A DNA stretch of 64,000 nt from Myxococcota bacterium (GCA_965140415.1 OZ223209.1:768001-832000); one strand, 5' to 3'; counted from the stretch's first letter, positions 20,301-30,392 are shown. Made by a program: numbers and translations. Notes: generated by a model not told the origin, from the sequence alone.

Positions 20301-21337
20301 ACATCTTCTTTCTTGATGTTGCTTGCGGCCTGACCTGCGGGGTTGATATCCACGAAGAGGAAATTCTGACCGTCGTTCACCGGTTCGTAAACCGCCACGC
20401 CGTTGCTGATTGTGTTGAACAACTGCGAGAAACTGTCTTCACTTTCCTTCTGTTCCGTGATGTTGCGTCCAACACAGATGAAGGATTCGATCTTGTCCTG
20501 CTTACCGATTACGGCAGTGGCAGACCAATGCAGCCAGCACCAACCCTTTTGGGTTTTAACCCGTTCGGTGTATTGACTTTCGTATGGCGGTTGCGACAGG
20601 CGATTTTTGCTGCGTTTAATCTCTTCCTGGTTTTCTCCATAAATCAGAGGGATGAAATCGCTTCCTATTGCCTGTTTCGAATGCAGTCCGAAGGTTTTGC
20701 AATAGGAGGGACTGGCATACAGGATGTGCCAGTCGAGATCTACCTCAACCAGTAGGTCGCGTTGGTTTTCTACCAATAGCTGGTAGTGCTGGCGGCTACG
20801 CGACAATGCCTGCTCGATCTTTTTATGTTCCGTAATGTCGATAAACGTCAAGATGACTTCGGTGGGGGTGGAACTATCGTTTTCCAGAATCGGCAAAGTG
20901 TTGATCAATATCCAACGTATATCAGTATTGTCATTTGTGGTTATGCCTCGAATGATATTTTTCTGCGGAACGCCGGTTTTCAAAGAAATGGAAGAAGGGT
21001 AGTCCTCCATCGATAAGGGGAAACCTTCTTCGGTAACGATGTTCCAACTCGAACTTACTTCAGCCAGGTTCAATAATTCTTCTCTGGACAGAGAAAGAAT
21101 TTCTGCTGCTTTCTTATTAGCGAAAATGATGTTCTTGCTCGAATCCAGAACCATGATTCCGGCTTCCACAAGATCCAGCATTTCTTTGTGAATGGATGGT
21201 GTAATGGAAGGTTTTATATACTGGCGTGCCCCAAGGTCCGCTTTTTCCTTTGCAGCCTTTTTGAGATCGGCCAGTTCTTGCTTGACCGTGTGTAGTTCAG
21301 CAATCAATTGGGCTTTTGATTTTTCTTCGTCGCGCAC
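17396..21337 (-). CDS. Multi-PAS hybrid sensor histidine kinase with receiver domain
   Basis: Repeated PAS/PAC units ending DITE.K; H-box GGVAHDFNNLL; NARDAM, FFTTK, GTGLGL; receiver LLTDIVMP. Confidence 0.95.
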   Translation of the reverse strand: MRDEEKSKAQLIAELHTVKQELADLKKAAKEKADLGARQYIKPSITPSIHKEMLDLVEAGIMVLDSSKNIIFANKKAAEILSLSREELLNLAEVSSSWNIVTEEGFPLSMEDYPSSISLKTGVPQKNIIRGITTNDNTDIRWILINTLPILENDSSTPTEVILTFIDITEHKKIEQALSRSRQHYQLLVENQRDLLVEVDLDWHILYASPSYCKTFGLHSKQAIGSDFIPLIYGENQEEIKRSKNRLSQPPYESQYTERVKTQKGWCWLHWSATAVIGKQDKIESFICVGRNITEQKESEDSFSQLFNTISNGVAVYEPVNDGQNFLFVDINPAGQAASNIKKEDVIGKPITECFPNVEELGLLDVFRQVNRTGEKGHLSIRKYQDNRVQQWVENWVYKLPNGQIVAIYDDTSEQHLAQAALQESEERYRRLFETAQDAIFVANPETGRVVDCNPQAERMIGRTRDEILGMHQTELHPQESPDVYEEGFKRALQSSGTIFAEREVIHKDGHRIPVEISSGGMVPVGEGTIHFGIFRDISERRKMENKILEQARFQETLLESIPNPVFYKDTQGRYLGCNKAFEELFEIDRNDLIGKTVQQMWPERYSSTYFDKDQELFENPGKQYYEFQMPAKGGTIRDVAFFKSTFEDSTGSIAGLIGVMLDITERKRTEDALKRSENMFRKVFDILPVGLWIADKSGKLVRGNPTGIKIWGGSPLVSQHDYNVFKARRLPSREEIAPEDWALAHTVNDGVTITDELLEIDAFDGVTRTILNSTAPVLDENGELMAAIVVNQDITELKKVEQSLIESEMRARSYIDHAPYGVFITNERGEYLEVNPAACDMTGYSQEELCSMSIPDMVPEETKAAAGEHFMQVVQSGRASGENKFIHKSGEYRYWTIEAIRLSDTRFLGFTEDTTERKLEEERKQELERRLNQVQRMESVGRLAGGVAHDFNNLLTGITGNVSLALMELQENHPLYETLNEVGEASERAASLTRQLLAFSRKQIIEPKVVSPNKLLGDLRKLLSRLIGEDIHIEWNLSPDTSTIRVDPGQIEQVIVNLLVNARDAMPNGGRLSIETGNTVLEQEYAEKAFNLDGGKYVFISVQDSGHGMDEETTNRIFEPFFTTKGDDEGTGLGLATVFGIVSQHKGTIEVESELEVGTKFCIYLPDAEEEAQVVETVREVELELPPAKGNVLIVEDEPMVKKIAIRILKKQGFQVYHAESGQDALQLVEREKPSIDLLLTDIVMPNMNGRQLAEKLSEIYPEMKVLFTSGYTEDVIAQHGILEEGINFIPKPYSPNVLAKRVQKVMTEKNE

Positions 21338-21560
21338 GGTACCGCCCCTCGCAATTCCACTGGTGTAATACTACCAATATTGACTATTTAACTACCGCTA
21401 TTCTAAAGAGTATACATTGTTTTCATAGGAATAGGTAAATAAAGAAATTGAAATTGTTGTTAAACTGAATTGTAGTTGGTTTACATTAAGTAAGTTATGC
21501 TGGTTGTGTGTTCATCAAGACTAGGAATTTTCCAGTGAGTGACAATCCTCTTGCTCTTCT

Positions 21561-22562
21561 TTACTTAGCTGGTAGCCAGTTGCCGCCACGATCCTTTCGA
21601 GAAGGTGCTTGCAATGCAGGGGCCGGTTCAGTGTGCAGCCAGACATCCACAGGCAGATCGAGTTCTGCGAGCAGCTGGTTCAGTTCGTCCGCCTGCGGAT
21701 GAGGCAAGAGGTCACGCTGTGCAAGATCTTTTAATTGGGTGGCAAGTTCTCGCCGATCGTTATTACTCTGTTTTAGTATTTGTTGTGCGCACTGCATAAC
21801 AACCTCGCCGCGAACGCGCCCGCAACACCACAAATGAACCGCCAACTGAAAGGGGCTTTTGCACACGATCAGATCGCTGCCGAATTGGTGGAACCGCGCC
21901 GGTTCGGTCTGCTTGGCAAGGTAAATATAAACCTGCTGTACGCAGTCTGTGGGGTCAGGTAAGAGTTTGAACTCCTGCACGACCTCTTCCGCGAGTACTT
22001 CTGCGCATGCCTGCTCGCGCATCCGGTTTCGCAACGCTCTTTCATCCAAACGACCGGCCACGGCATCGGCGTAGATGGCGTAGACCAGCGCGTCGGCCTC
22101 CATGTCGTCTCCGATCAGAATTTCATTTATGTGCTTGCCGAAAAGACGACGCTGGTGAAACAAGGCCGCCAGTTTGTAGGGAAGCTGCTGCTTGATCCAG
22201 CGTGGACGGCGGTAGGTCAATAGCAGGCGTTGCCAGTCTTTGAAAGTGATGCCGTCGCATTGTACCCCGTCCAGCAGCATTTTACGCGTCAGGGCAGAAG
22301 CGAGTATCGGAGGGCTGGCCGTTAAAAAATAAAACGGGGTTTGTGCGGAGATGTCGCCGACACCCGCGCGCAGTCCGCGCAGAACGGAGCGCATCCCAAC
22401 GATGCCGACCTTGTCCTCTCCCCATTCGAAGGGTATTCTGGCCAATCCTTTTAAAGATTTGAAATCGGTGTCTAAATAGGTTTTATCCACATCGCAGGTG
22501 ACGACCAGGCCGTCGTAATCCGGTGGCAGGCGGCGGTGATCGTGACGAAGAAGGGGGAACAT
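21561..22562 (-). CDS. HAD-family phosphatase, App1/LNS2 (phosphatidate phosphatase)-like
   Basis: DVDKTY (DxDxT), FLTASP, LIGDD..AD motifs; abuts the upstream stop codon. Confidence 0.7.
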   Translation of the reverse strand: MFPLLRHDHRRLPPDYDGLVVTCDVDKTYLDTDFKSLKGLARIPFEWGEDKVGIVGMRSVLRGLRAGVGDISAQTPFYFLTASPPILASALTRKMLLDGVQCDGITFKDWQRLLLTYRRPRWIKQQLPYKLAALFHQRRLFGKHINEILIGDDMEADALVYAIYADAVAGRLDERALRNRMREQACAEVLAEEVVQEFKLLPDPTDCVQQVYIYLAKQTEPARFHQFGSDLIVCKSPFQLAVHLWCCGRVRGEVVMQCAQQILKQSNNDRRELATQLKDLAQRDLLPHPQADELNQLLAELDLPVDVWLHTEPAPALQAPSRKDRGGNWLPAK

Positions 22563-23558
22563 TTACAGATCCTTCCCGGCTCCACCACGAGGAGCGAGCC
22601 TGGGAATCGGCAGATCAAGCCCGCTGGTGTCCAGCGTTGGATCCTGTTCCTGGCCCACTCTGGCCTGACGAATGATCTCCATGGCCTCCGGGAGCGGTTG
22701 CTTTTCGACCAACATGGCATATAGCGAGGAAAGAATCGGGGTGGCGAGTTTCTTTTTCTGAACGAAGCCGATGATCGCCTGTAGCGAGGAGTAATTCTGC
22801 GCCCAGTCCGTTTCCGGGTCGATTGGTTCTCCTCGTCCCAATCGCAATCCAAGTTGAAACCCGGCATCCGCTTCATCCTGGATGGTGGCGAACAGCAATC
22901 CAAGACCGGGAATGCCGGAGAAGGTGGTTGCCCGAGCGCCGAGCACCGCGCCGATGCGCCCCATTTCCGTAAGGCTGCGAGTCATGATCAGTGAACGTGA
23001 AGCGGCTCCCAGTTCAAGACCGGCAGCCACGCCGAAGGCCACGGTAAACAGTCCGGAGAGCGCCATTCCCATTTCCACGCCGACAAGATCCGGGTTCTCG
23101 AAAACCATCAGGTTGTCTTGACGGATGAGCAGGCGCAGTTTCTGCGCTACTTCCGGAAAGCGAGACGAGACCACCAGACCGCAGGGGTCGGTGTCGGAAA
23201 GTTGTTTCTCTACCGGACAGGCCAGCGCGCCGATTTTCTTCAAGCAGGTGGCACCGTGAATCATTTCGGAAATGCGAACGACGCGGTCCTCTTGATGTTG
23301 TATGCCTTTGACCGTATGGACGAGGCATTGATCGCCGGTAACGGAAAGGGCAATGCGCTCGATGACGTCGTGTACCTGATTCATCGGCACACACAGTACT
23401 ATAAGGGATGCATCGGCTACTACCTCGGCAGGGTCCGTCTTGTCTGTTTCTTCTCCAGTCCAATGACGAAGCGATACTCCGGCCTTTTGTGCGCATTGTG
23501 CAAGGGCCTGCCCAAGAACGTCGTTTCCCAAAACCGCCAGACTTTGCAGTGTTTGCAT
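22563..23558 (-). CDS. GpsA-like glycerol-3-phosphate dehydrogenase homologue with degenerate active site
   Basis: KGI, DLVGVE.G, RSLTEM.R.G..LGA..TFSG..GLG follow the GpsA pattern, but catalytic motifs are altered. Confidence 0.75.
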   Translation of the reverse strand: MQTLQSLAVLGNDVLGQALAQCAQKAGVSLRHWTGEETDKTDPAEVVADASLIVLCVPMNQVHDVIERIALSVTGDQCLVHTVKGIQHQEDRVVRISEMIHGATCLKKIGALACPVEKQLSDTDPCGLVVSSRFPEVAQKLRLLIRQDNLMVFENPDLVGVEMGMALSGLFTVAFGVAAGLELGAASRSLIMTRSLTEMGRIGAVLGARATTFSGIPGLGLLFATIQDEADAGFQLGLRLGRGEPIDPETDWAQNYSSLQAIIGFVQKKKLATPILSSLYAMLVEKQPLPEAMEIIRQARVGQEQDPTLDTSGLDLPIPRLAPRGGAGKDL

Positions 23559-23575
23559 GTTCTCGCCTTCTTCTT

Positions 23576-25174
23576 TCAGGAGGCGATCTCTTCCAGATCG
23601 TAGCCCCACAAGCGATTGCGGTAATAATACAACAGGTTCATGTCGCCCACGAACAGGCGGTCGCCGCGTCGTTCCAATACCGGTTTGATGTGATAGGAAT
23701 CGAATAGATTCAAAGCCCGATCCACGATTTCCGTTTCATCGCCGGTGCCTGCGCCGCCGGATAGTTTCAGCCTGCCTGCTTTTTCCATGTTTCGAAGTTT
23801 GCCCGATACCCGCTTTACCATGCGGTATACCTCCACCATCGGAAGCGAGGCATCCACTGCGGCCTGCCGCAGGAAACGGTAAAAGTCGGGGTCGCGTTGA
23901 TCGCGCAGCAGGTGTTGAAACACGGTCCAGGCTAAAATGTGCGTGGAAGAGATCACGCTTTCTTTGGCGAAGGTGTCCACCACGCGCTGGCCGAGTTCCC
24001 GTGTGTACTGCATATCGCGCGGGGGATCGAAATCCGGACGACCGTTTTTCATGATATAGCGCCGAATGTCCACAACTCGTCCCTGCGGATCGAGCGAGCG
24101 GCCCTGCTCATCGACGTCGTTTCCGAACGGATCGCAAGGCTGACCGAAATTGAAAAAGATTTTGGCGTCCATCCGCACCAGGTTGCGCATAAAGGCATAG
24201 ACGCGACCAAGTTTGCTGAATTCATCGTCTTCGATGATGTAGCGCGAGCGCCCCGCCTCTTTAAGGTGGTCGGCGATCAGGGTGGAGGCTTCCAGCACCA
24301 ACTGGTAGTTGATTGTACAGGGAACGATGTATACATTCGGTTTTGCCGCTTGGCTTCGAATATTGTGGATGTAGGCGGCCAGGCCGCTTCCCATCAGTCC
24401 CAGCTTGAGTTTCCGCTCGATGGCACCGGAGCGGCAGCGTGTTCCGCCGGGAAAGAAAAGGTTGTCGTAACCCAGTTCCATGCTCACCGTGGCGTACATC
24501 TTCAACACGTCTTTGTACAGGCTATGCTTTTTACGCCGATCGACTTTGTATGCGCCAAGCCGGTGCATGAAATAACCCAGGAAACGATTGTGAAACAGAT
24601 TCAAGCCTGCTCCATAGCAGACAGGGGGCAGACCGGCCATATAAATGGCGAATCCGGCGATGATCGAGTCCAGGTTGGAGGAATGGGTGGGAACGTAAAT
24701 CAACGTTCCTTTTTTTTGAAGCTGGCAGACTTCATCTAAATGGCCGCCGAACAGAATGTTTTCCGAGACATTCGGCAGGCGCGGAAAGCGCGACACGAGT
24801 TTGATCGGGGACAAGCCGGTCAGTAGCAGTCCCATCGCCGCAGGTAGCAGGCGTGTGGAGAGTTCATAAGTAGGGACATCGAAATGACCGACGACCTCTT
24901 CCACATGCCGTCGTATGATGCTTTCCAAGAGCTTTTTCTTTTCCTGCTCGCTGCTCTTTTCATACACACGCTTGATGGAGTCCAGCCACTGGCGATCCTG
25001 TTGCGCGTTGACAGCTTGCTCGTCCTGATCCAGGCGCTGGTCTTCGTAGTAGAACACTTCGTGCACGAGATTGTCTAGGTAGGCTTCCTGGCTTTGCCGG
25101 GCCTGTTCGATCACCTGTTCATAGACGCGCCTGGTTACTTCGATCATGATGCGCTCTTTGTCTTTCGGCAACAT
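23576..25174 (-). CDS. Glycerol-3-phosphate acyltransferase (PlsB-like)
   Basis: PTHSSNLD (HxxxxD), GAGLNL, LGAYKVDR, FFPGGTRCRSG. Confidence 0.85.
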   Translation of the reverse strand: MLPKDKERIMIEVTRRVYEQVIEQARQSQEAYLDNLVHEVFYYEDQRLDQDEQAVNAQQDRQWLDSIKRVYEKSSEQEKKKLLESIIRRHVEEVVGHFDVPTYELSTRLLPAAMGLLLTGLSPIKLVSRFPRLPNVSENILFGGHLDEVCQLQKKGTLIYVPTHSSNLDSIIAGFAIYMAGLPPVCYGAGLNLFHNRFLGYFMHRLGAYKVDRRKKHSLYKDVLKMYATVSMELGYDNLFFPGGTRCRSGAIERKLKLGLMGSGLAAYIHNIRSQAAKPNVYIVPCTINYQLVLEASTLIADHLKEAGRSRYIIEDDEFSKLGRVYAFMRNLVRMDAKIFFNFGQPCDPFGNDVDEQGRSLDPQGRVVDIRRYIMKNGRPDFDPPRDMQYTRELGQRVVDTFAKESVISSTHILAWTVFQHLLRDQRDPDFYRFLRQAAVDASLPMVEVYRMVKRVSGKLRNMEKAGRLKLSGGAGTGDETEIVDRALNLFDSYHIKPVLERRGDRLFVGDMNLLYYYRNRLWGYDLEEIAS

Positions 25175-25408
25175 GAAGCACCCCGTTCCTGAAAATGGCG
25201 ATTCGCTGCCGTGTCAGAAACACAACGGCAACCGGCGTGATGATCCGCTTAATACGGTATGTCCAATAATGTCATTATTTCAGATTGTTGCGTCAATTGC
25301 AACTATCTTCCAGGAGTGTCGGGTCTTGAATCGCTGGAACCAAAAAATATGGAGCAGGACTGAGCCTGCTCCATACATAAAATCCATCCAACCCAAACCG
25401 ATTCTCGA

Positions 25409-27850
25409 TCAGGGGCAACTGGGAGCGGACGTCGCCAGTTGGTTGATAGTGCTGATCTGGCCGCTGCTGCCGTCGATGCGCACCACATGCCACCAGCCGC
25501 CGCCAGCTCCATAACTTGGTCCAGTAATCGAGGCGTACAGCCCGTTGGCGTCGAAGATTTCGACGCGTGCATTCACGCCGCGCCAGGGTCCACCGGCTCG
25601 GCTGAAGTCGTAGATCGAATAGCAATACGTACCGGCAACCAGCGAGTTGATGGTGATCGTTTCCGGAGAGGGTTCCGGGTTGAATGCTTGAATTCCGCCA
25701 TCGTGATCCAGTTGGGCATCCCCGACCGTGCGGTTGCTGTAGTAAACGTGCCCATTGCCGGGCATGTACAAATGGGCGTCCAGATCCGCGCCGCCCAGCG
25801 TCCAGTTGTCCCAGTGCAGCACGATGCGCAGCGCACCTTGCGGCAGTTGCGGCTGGCAACTGAAGGTCACATGCGCCGTGGCTTGTTCGATCAACGTTAC
25901 GGTCATATCCGGGCAGGTGTAGTCACCCATGGCGGGCTGATCGGGAACGTGTGCGCCATAGCTGCGCACCGGGTAGGAGCCGTTTAGCGCGGCTTCACCC
26001 GCCGAATTGCTGGTGACGCTGGTGCCGATGGTCTGCCCGTTGTCCTGCATTTCCCAGTACAGCCCGGAAAGTGTGTCGCCGGTTAGCACGTCCACGAAAT
26101 GACCGATGGCCGCCGGATCGCCGGACCATTGGGTGGGATCGGCGGCATCCAGGGTAATCAGATCGCGTATGCAGGATAATTCCCCGTAATTGTCCACTAC
26201 TTCCAGCTTGATGACATACGCACCGATCTCGTCGAGGGAGATGGTCGGTTGCGCGCTGCTTGGATCGGACAACGCCGCCTGCGAGCCGCTGGGCTGGCTT
26301 TCGATGCTCCAGATATACTCGCTGATGCCATCGCCTGGATCGTCGTCGTAGGAGCCGGTGCCGTCGAGTTGTACGGTGTCGCCCTGGCGAATCTGGTCGA
26401 TGGGCGGCGAGGTGACGCCGATCACGGCCACCGGGCAGGTGTTGAGCAATTCGTTGCCCAATAGTGCAACGGTCAACTCCGGTTGTTCCGGGTCGTTGCT
26501 GGTAATCAGAATTTCCCCGGTATTGTCGCTGTTGGCTACCGGGCTATAGGTTACGCAGACTTCCTGTTCTTCTTCATCGCCGATTTCCGTTGGGGCTACC
26601 GGTTCGTGTGTGAAACTGTATGCGCCGCCGCCATCGTCGGTCATTTCGATGCTGAGGATTCCCAGATCCCAGCAGCCGTCGTTTTGAATGAGCGTACAGC
26701 GTGATGTGGTGCCGCCGAAGGCGACATCGGTGAAATCGATTTCCTCCGGGTCAGCCACGATGACCGGCTCGCAGGCGGTGCCGGTAAGTGGCACTTGCAA
26801 GATCGTGTTGCGTTCGGCATTGGATTGAATCACCAGAGTTGCGGCATCCTCCACTCCATCCGCTGCTTCAGGCGAATAGTGAACGGATACCGTTATTTCG
26901 TCTGCCGGTTCCACATCGAACAGACCCACCGCCTGATTGCTATCGGGGGTATCCGTTACAAAGAATTCCGCTGTTTCCGGGTCCATATACATATCCAGCA
27001 CCGTGATCGTCACGCCACCCAGGTTTTTAAGCAATAGCGATTGCGTATGATCTCCCAGCCGCACCACGCCGAAGTCGATGCGCTGTGGCTCGGCATACAG
27101 TTCGGGGATCGATTTGACATCCGTTTTGATCGGAACGCCGACGTTGGGCTGGCTGGGATCGTTGGAACGGATAATCAGCACGTCCTGATCCGCATCCAGA
27201 TCGCGGGCAGTGTAATTGACGGTGATCTCCGTTTGCTCATCCTTGGCCAGACGGATCGGCAGTGTGTCGGTCTGGGCTTCGAGTTCGGGCACCACATCGT
27301 TTTGATCGTAGTACAAGTAAACCGCGTCGATTAACAGATCCGCCGCGCCGATATTGACCACCGTAACCGTTTTCTGTCGTTGGCTCAATTGTGGCACCGC
27401 GCCGAAATCCAGAGAAAGCGGATCGACCATGATCCAGGGATTGCTTTCCAAATGCGGTACGTCGGTATCGAAGTCGATGTCCGTAATGCCATCGAGCAGG
27501 CCGTCCGGATCGTTGGGATTGATATTGGGCGTATCGCCATCGGGTTGAATGTCGCCGTCGATCTTATCGCCGTCCACATCACCGGCCAGATCTTCATCGC
27601 CGGGGTCGATTGTCGGCAGCTTGCATTCACCGTCGATGCAGAATTGTCCGCTGGGACAGTCGGCATCGTCGGCACATTCGGAAAGAATGCAGGAGCCATC
27701 CGGGTTGCAGCCGTTGACGCAATCGCAATAAGGCGGCGCTTCGGAAACGTCGCCATCCGCGGGCAAACCGGCGCTGTCGTCGCAGCCGAAACCGAAAAAC
27801 AGAACGGCAAAGCCGATCCAGGACATCAACAACATGCGGGACATCGACAT
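25409..27850 (-). CDS. Large surface lipoprotein: Cys-rich segment, three choice-of-anchor D/ASH-like Ig domains, PKD-like and YfaP-like domains
   Basis: FGFGC lipobox; repeated P..LDFG.V ... I.SNDP; LDGTGSYDDD; LRIVLHW..DLDAH..D..PETITI. Confidence 0.75.
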   Translation of the reverse strand: MSMSRMLLMSWIGFAVLFFGFGCDDSAGLPADGDVSEAPPYCDCVNGCNPDGSCILSECADDADCPSGQFCIDGECKLPTIDPGDEDLAGDVDGDKIDGDIQPDGDTPNINPNDPDGLLDGITDIDFDTDVPHLESNPWIMVDPLSLDFGAVPQLSQRQKTVTVVNIGAADLLIDAVYLYYDQNDVVPELEAQTDTLPIRLAKDEQTEITVNYTARDLDADQDVLIIRSNDPSQPNVGVPIKTDVKSIPELYAEPQRIDFGVVRLGDHTQSLLLKNLGGVTITVLDMYMDPETAEFFVTDTPDSNQAVGLFDVEPADEITVSVHYSPEAADGVEDAATLVIQSNAERNTILQVPLTGTACEPVIVADPEEIDFTDVAFGGTTSRCTLIQNDGCWDLGILSIEMTDDGGGAYSFTHEPVAPTEIGDEEEQEVCVTYSPVANSDNTGEILITSNDPEQPELTVALLGNELLNTCPVAVIGVTSPPIDQIRQGDTVQLDGTGSYDDDPGDGISEYIWSIESQPSGSQAALSDPSSAQPTISLDEIGAYVIKLEVVDNYGELSCIRDLITLDAADPTQWSGDPAAIGHFVDVLTGDTLSGLYWEMQDNGQTIGTSVTSNSAGEAALNGSYPVRSYGAHVPDQPAMGDYTCPDMTVTLIEQATAHVTFSCQPQLPQGALRIVLHWDNWTLGGADLDAHLYMPGNGHVYYSNRTVGDAQLDHDGGIQAFNPEPSPETITINSLVAGTYCYSIYDFSRAGGPWRGVNARVEIFDANGLYASITGPSYGAGGGWWHVVRIDGSSGQISTINQLATSAPSCP

Positions 27851-28426
27851 AACACTTCCATTCCTTGAAATAAGAAAAGCCGCATGGAACAAGCGACAGT
27901 CGCTCGTTCTCGAAAAAACCAATTCGCTGACGTGGCAAGCGACTCGGTGAACCCTCCATCAACTGTTGATCGTGACAACGACAAAACGACAACCTAACAC
28001 GTCGTAAAGCCGAAAGCGTACCAGCCAGCGATTGACAGATCGATATCGGCGGTCGCTTTCGCTTCTGCTGCATAATATTCATACAGGCAGAATATTGTAA
28101 TATTGTGACCAGTTTTCATATGCTTGTCAATCGCTTTTATTTCTGGATGCGTAAAAGCTGTGTATCCGAGCCAGGATACAAAGAGGTCAGGTGGCTTCAT
28201 GATGTCGGACGTCTGCTGCCTTACGTAAAATTTCAAACTGGAAAAAATGAATATCCATTCAATATTTTTGTAGGCATTGGATATTTCAGAGCTTTGGCTT
28301 TCTGTGGTTTTACTTTGCATTGCCGAAATGAAGCTTTACAATAGATGGAATTCGAATGTGTTGCAGTGGGGAAGCTGGTCCGGCACGGATGGTCCCACCT
28401 ATTTCGATAAAAGGAGAGAGGCTATC

Positions 28427-29419
28427 GTGTCCAAGCGCCGAATCGAGTTGGATGTCGCCAAGGGACTGTTGATGCTGCTGGTGGTTTTCGGCCATGCCAG
28501 TTATGTGGGCAGTGCCGCCGGGGTATTGGAGTCGGCGCACGATCTGGTCTATACCTTTCATATGTCCGCGTTTTTATTGATTAGTGGCTACTTGGGTTTT
28601 GTCAGCTACAGTCAATCGGGTCCGCTTTTGGGGCAGTTTCGTAAAATGGCGTTAAGCATCGCGCTACCCTATGTGATATTTCATAGTACCTATTTTCTGT
28701 TGTTATATCTGGCTTCAACTCGTTCGGGGGTTGCAACCAACACCCAGGCCAGTGCCTTGACGCTCTCCGATTTTCTGCTGGCGACCTTCCGCCATCCAAA
28801 AGGCGTGTACTGGTATCTCTACCAATTGTTGCTCTTTTTCCCGCTGCTGCTGATTTCCTGGCGCATCGCCAAGGGACGAGCCACGCCTTTTCTGGTACTG
28901 CTTTTCGGGGCCGTGGCGGCAACGCATCTGCTGGACAATCCGATCAATCCCTTTTTACCCTTGGGTGCGATGGCTGCACTGCTGAAAGCACCGCCGGAAG
29001 GGTCGTGGTGGGGAGCTGTGCCTGTCGCAATGATCCTCGGTTATTTCCTCTGGATCGGCGATCCGGGTAGTTTCTTCATCAGTTTGACCCTGACTGGAAG
29101 TATGCTGGCCTTGTTTTTCGCGATGGCTCGTCAATGGCGGGGCAGAGTGATTTACCTGCTCGGTTTCATCGGGGCGACGACCATGCCTGTTTATGTCCTA
29201 CATCCTTACATCCTGTTTTTGTTCAAGTTTCCGGTTATCAAGAATGCATTGCTAGCCGTGGACCCCAGCGGAGTGTTGCATGTGTTGCTGGCGACAATCG
29301 TGACGATTCCCGGTTGCCTGGGGTTATTGTGGATAGCGCAGAAAATGAAGCTGGACCGGCTGCTCTTCGGTCGCACCGTGAACGACTGGCGCATCTTCAC
29401 CGACCGCTGGGCAGCATAA
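28427..29419 (+). CDS. Acyltransferase family 3 membrane protein
   Basis: RIELDVAKGLLMLLVVFGH, YTFHM..F..ISGY, YWYL, YVLH; GTG start after AGGAG. Confidence 0.9.
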   Translation: MSKRRIELDVAKGLLMLLVVFGHASYVGSAAGVLESAHDLVYTFHMSAFLLISGYLGFVSYSQSGPLLGQFRKMALSIALPYVIFHSTYFLLLYLASTRSGVATNTQASALTLSDFLLATFRHPKGVYWYLYQLLLFFPLLLISWRIAKGRATPFLVLLFGAVAATHLLDNPINPFLPLGAMAALLKAPPEGSWWGAVPVAMILGYFLWIGDPGSFFISLTLTGSMLALFFAMARQWRGRVIYLLGFIGATTMPVYVLHPYILFLFKFPVIKNALLAVDPSGVLHVLLATIVTIPGCLGLLWIAQKMKLDRLLFGRTVNDWRIFTDRWAA

Positions 29420-29444
29420 AACCGGCTACCCAATCAAAGGCTCC

Positions 29445-29497
29445 CCCCTTCAATTCCGACTCTGTAGAAACTCGTATATATACGAGGCAACGTGATC
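29445..29497. repeat. Direct repeat, copy 1: displaced duplicate of the kamE 3' end (att-like)
   Basis: 52/53 identical to 33763-33815; encodes DHVASYIYEFLQSRN-stop on the minus strand. Confidence 0.92.
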
Positions 29498-29813
29498 TAT
29501 GCAGGCGTCCAGATCTGTAATCATCCAACAGGAAATGGGCTGGTTGGTTCTCCAGTAGCTAAGAGAATTTTATAGCTAGGAATGAAATTCTGGAGGCATG
29601 AAGTGCTTATCTTGGATTTTACATGAGTGTAAAACAGCACAACACTATCCAATAATTGTTGCTGTCTCCATAATGTTATGGTACCAATTACTTAACTAAA
29701 TCAAAATCAATAGAGTGCTTTGCGGGCAACCTGGGTCCACTTCGAAGACGGATGCGATTGATCGATCGTTCAACCTATAGGGATTGGATATCATAATGAT
29801 ACATTCGAGAAGC

Positions 29814-30392
29814 ATGATTGGGAATGGTGTCTTTGCGCTGGTGTGTCTTGCCGCTGCCGCTGCGATGTTCTTAGGTGGATGTGAAGACAACTTCGAGTGC
29901 GGGGTAGAAACAGGTGAAGGTGCGATCCGATCCTGTGTCGGGAAAAGCGAAGTGTGTGTATGCGCAACCAATCGTTGTGCGGTTTACGATGCCGGCTGTG
30001 AAACGAAGTATCGGTATGTATATGGAACGAGTATAGGTAAGTCGATTGAGGGCGAGAACTGCATAAAAATAGATGATATTGAGGATTTGTACAAAGTAGG
30101 TGGATTGATTCACGAAGGCATCGCTTGCCCGTTAGAGCCTCCGGTTTGTGGAATTGCGGGAGATGACGACCAACCGGTTGAATGTGCCAGTGGGGAGCGT
30201 TGCTTATGTCAAGAGGAAGGTGGCGTTTGTGTGCGGGAAGACGCGGAATGCTTGAGTGAAGGCGCGATATGTATAAATGAAGACGGGGTCTGTGCAAATT
30301 CAGGCTATCGCGCGACGTTCGCTTGGGAATGCATCGAAACACAGCAAGAATCGCTTGTCTTTGCAGATGATGAAACCAGGTTGTGTCCATAA
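29814..30392 (+). CDS. Cys-rich acidic lipoprotein, unknown function
   Basis: LGGC lipobox; two related Cys-rich halves (E.C.C....C...DA.C). Confidence 0.75.
   Translation: MIGNGVFALVCLAAAAAMFLGGCEDNFECGVETGEGAIRSCVGKSEVCVCATNRCAVYDAGCETKYRYVYGTSIGKSIEGENCIKIDDIEDLYKVGGLIHEGIACPLEPPVCGIAGDDDQPVECASGERCLCQEEGGVCVREDAECLSEGAICINEDGVCANSGYRATFAWECIETQQESLVFADDETRLCP

Noticed and set aside
28008-28023. Possible sigma-54 site TGGTACGCTTTCGGCT upstream of the Ig-domain lipoprotein
   Set aside because: Poor -12 element; could be a chance match.
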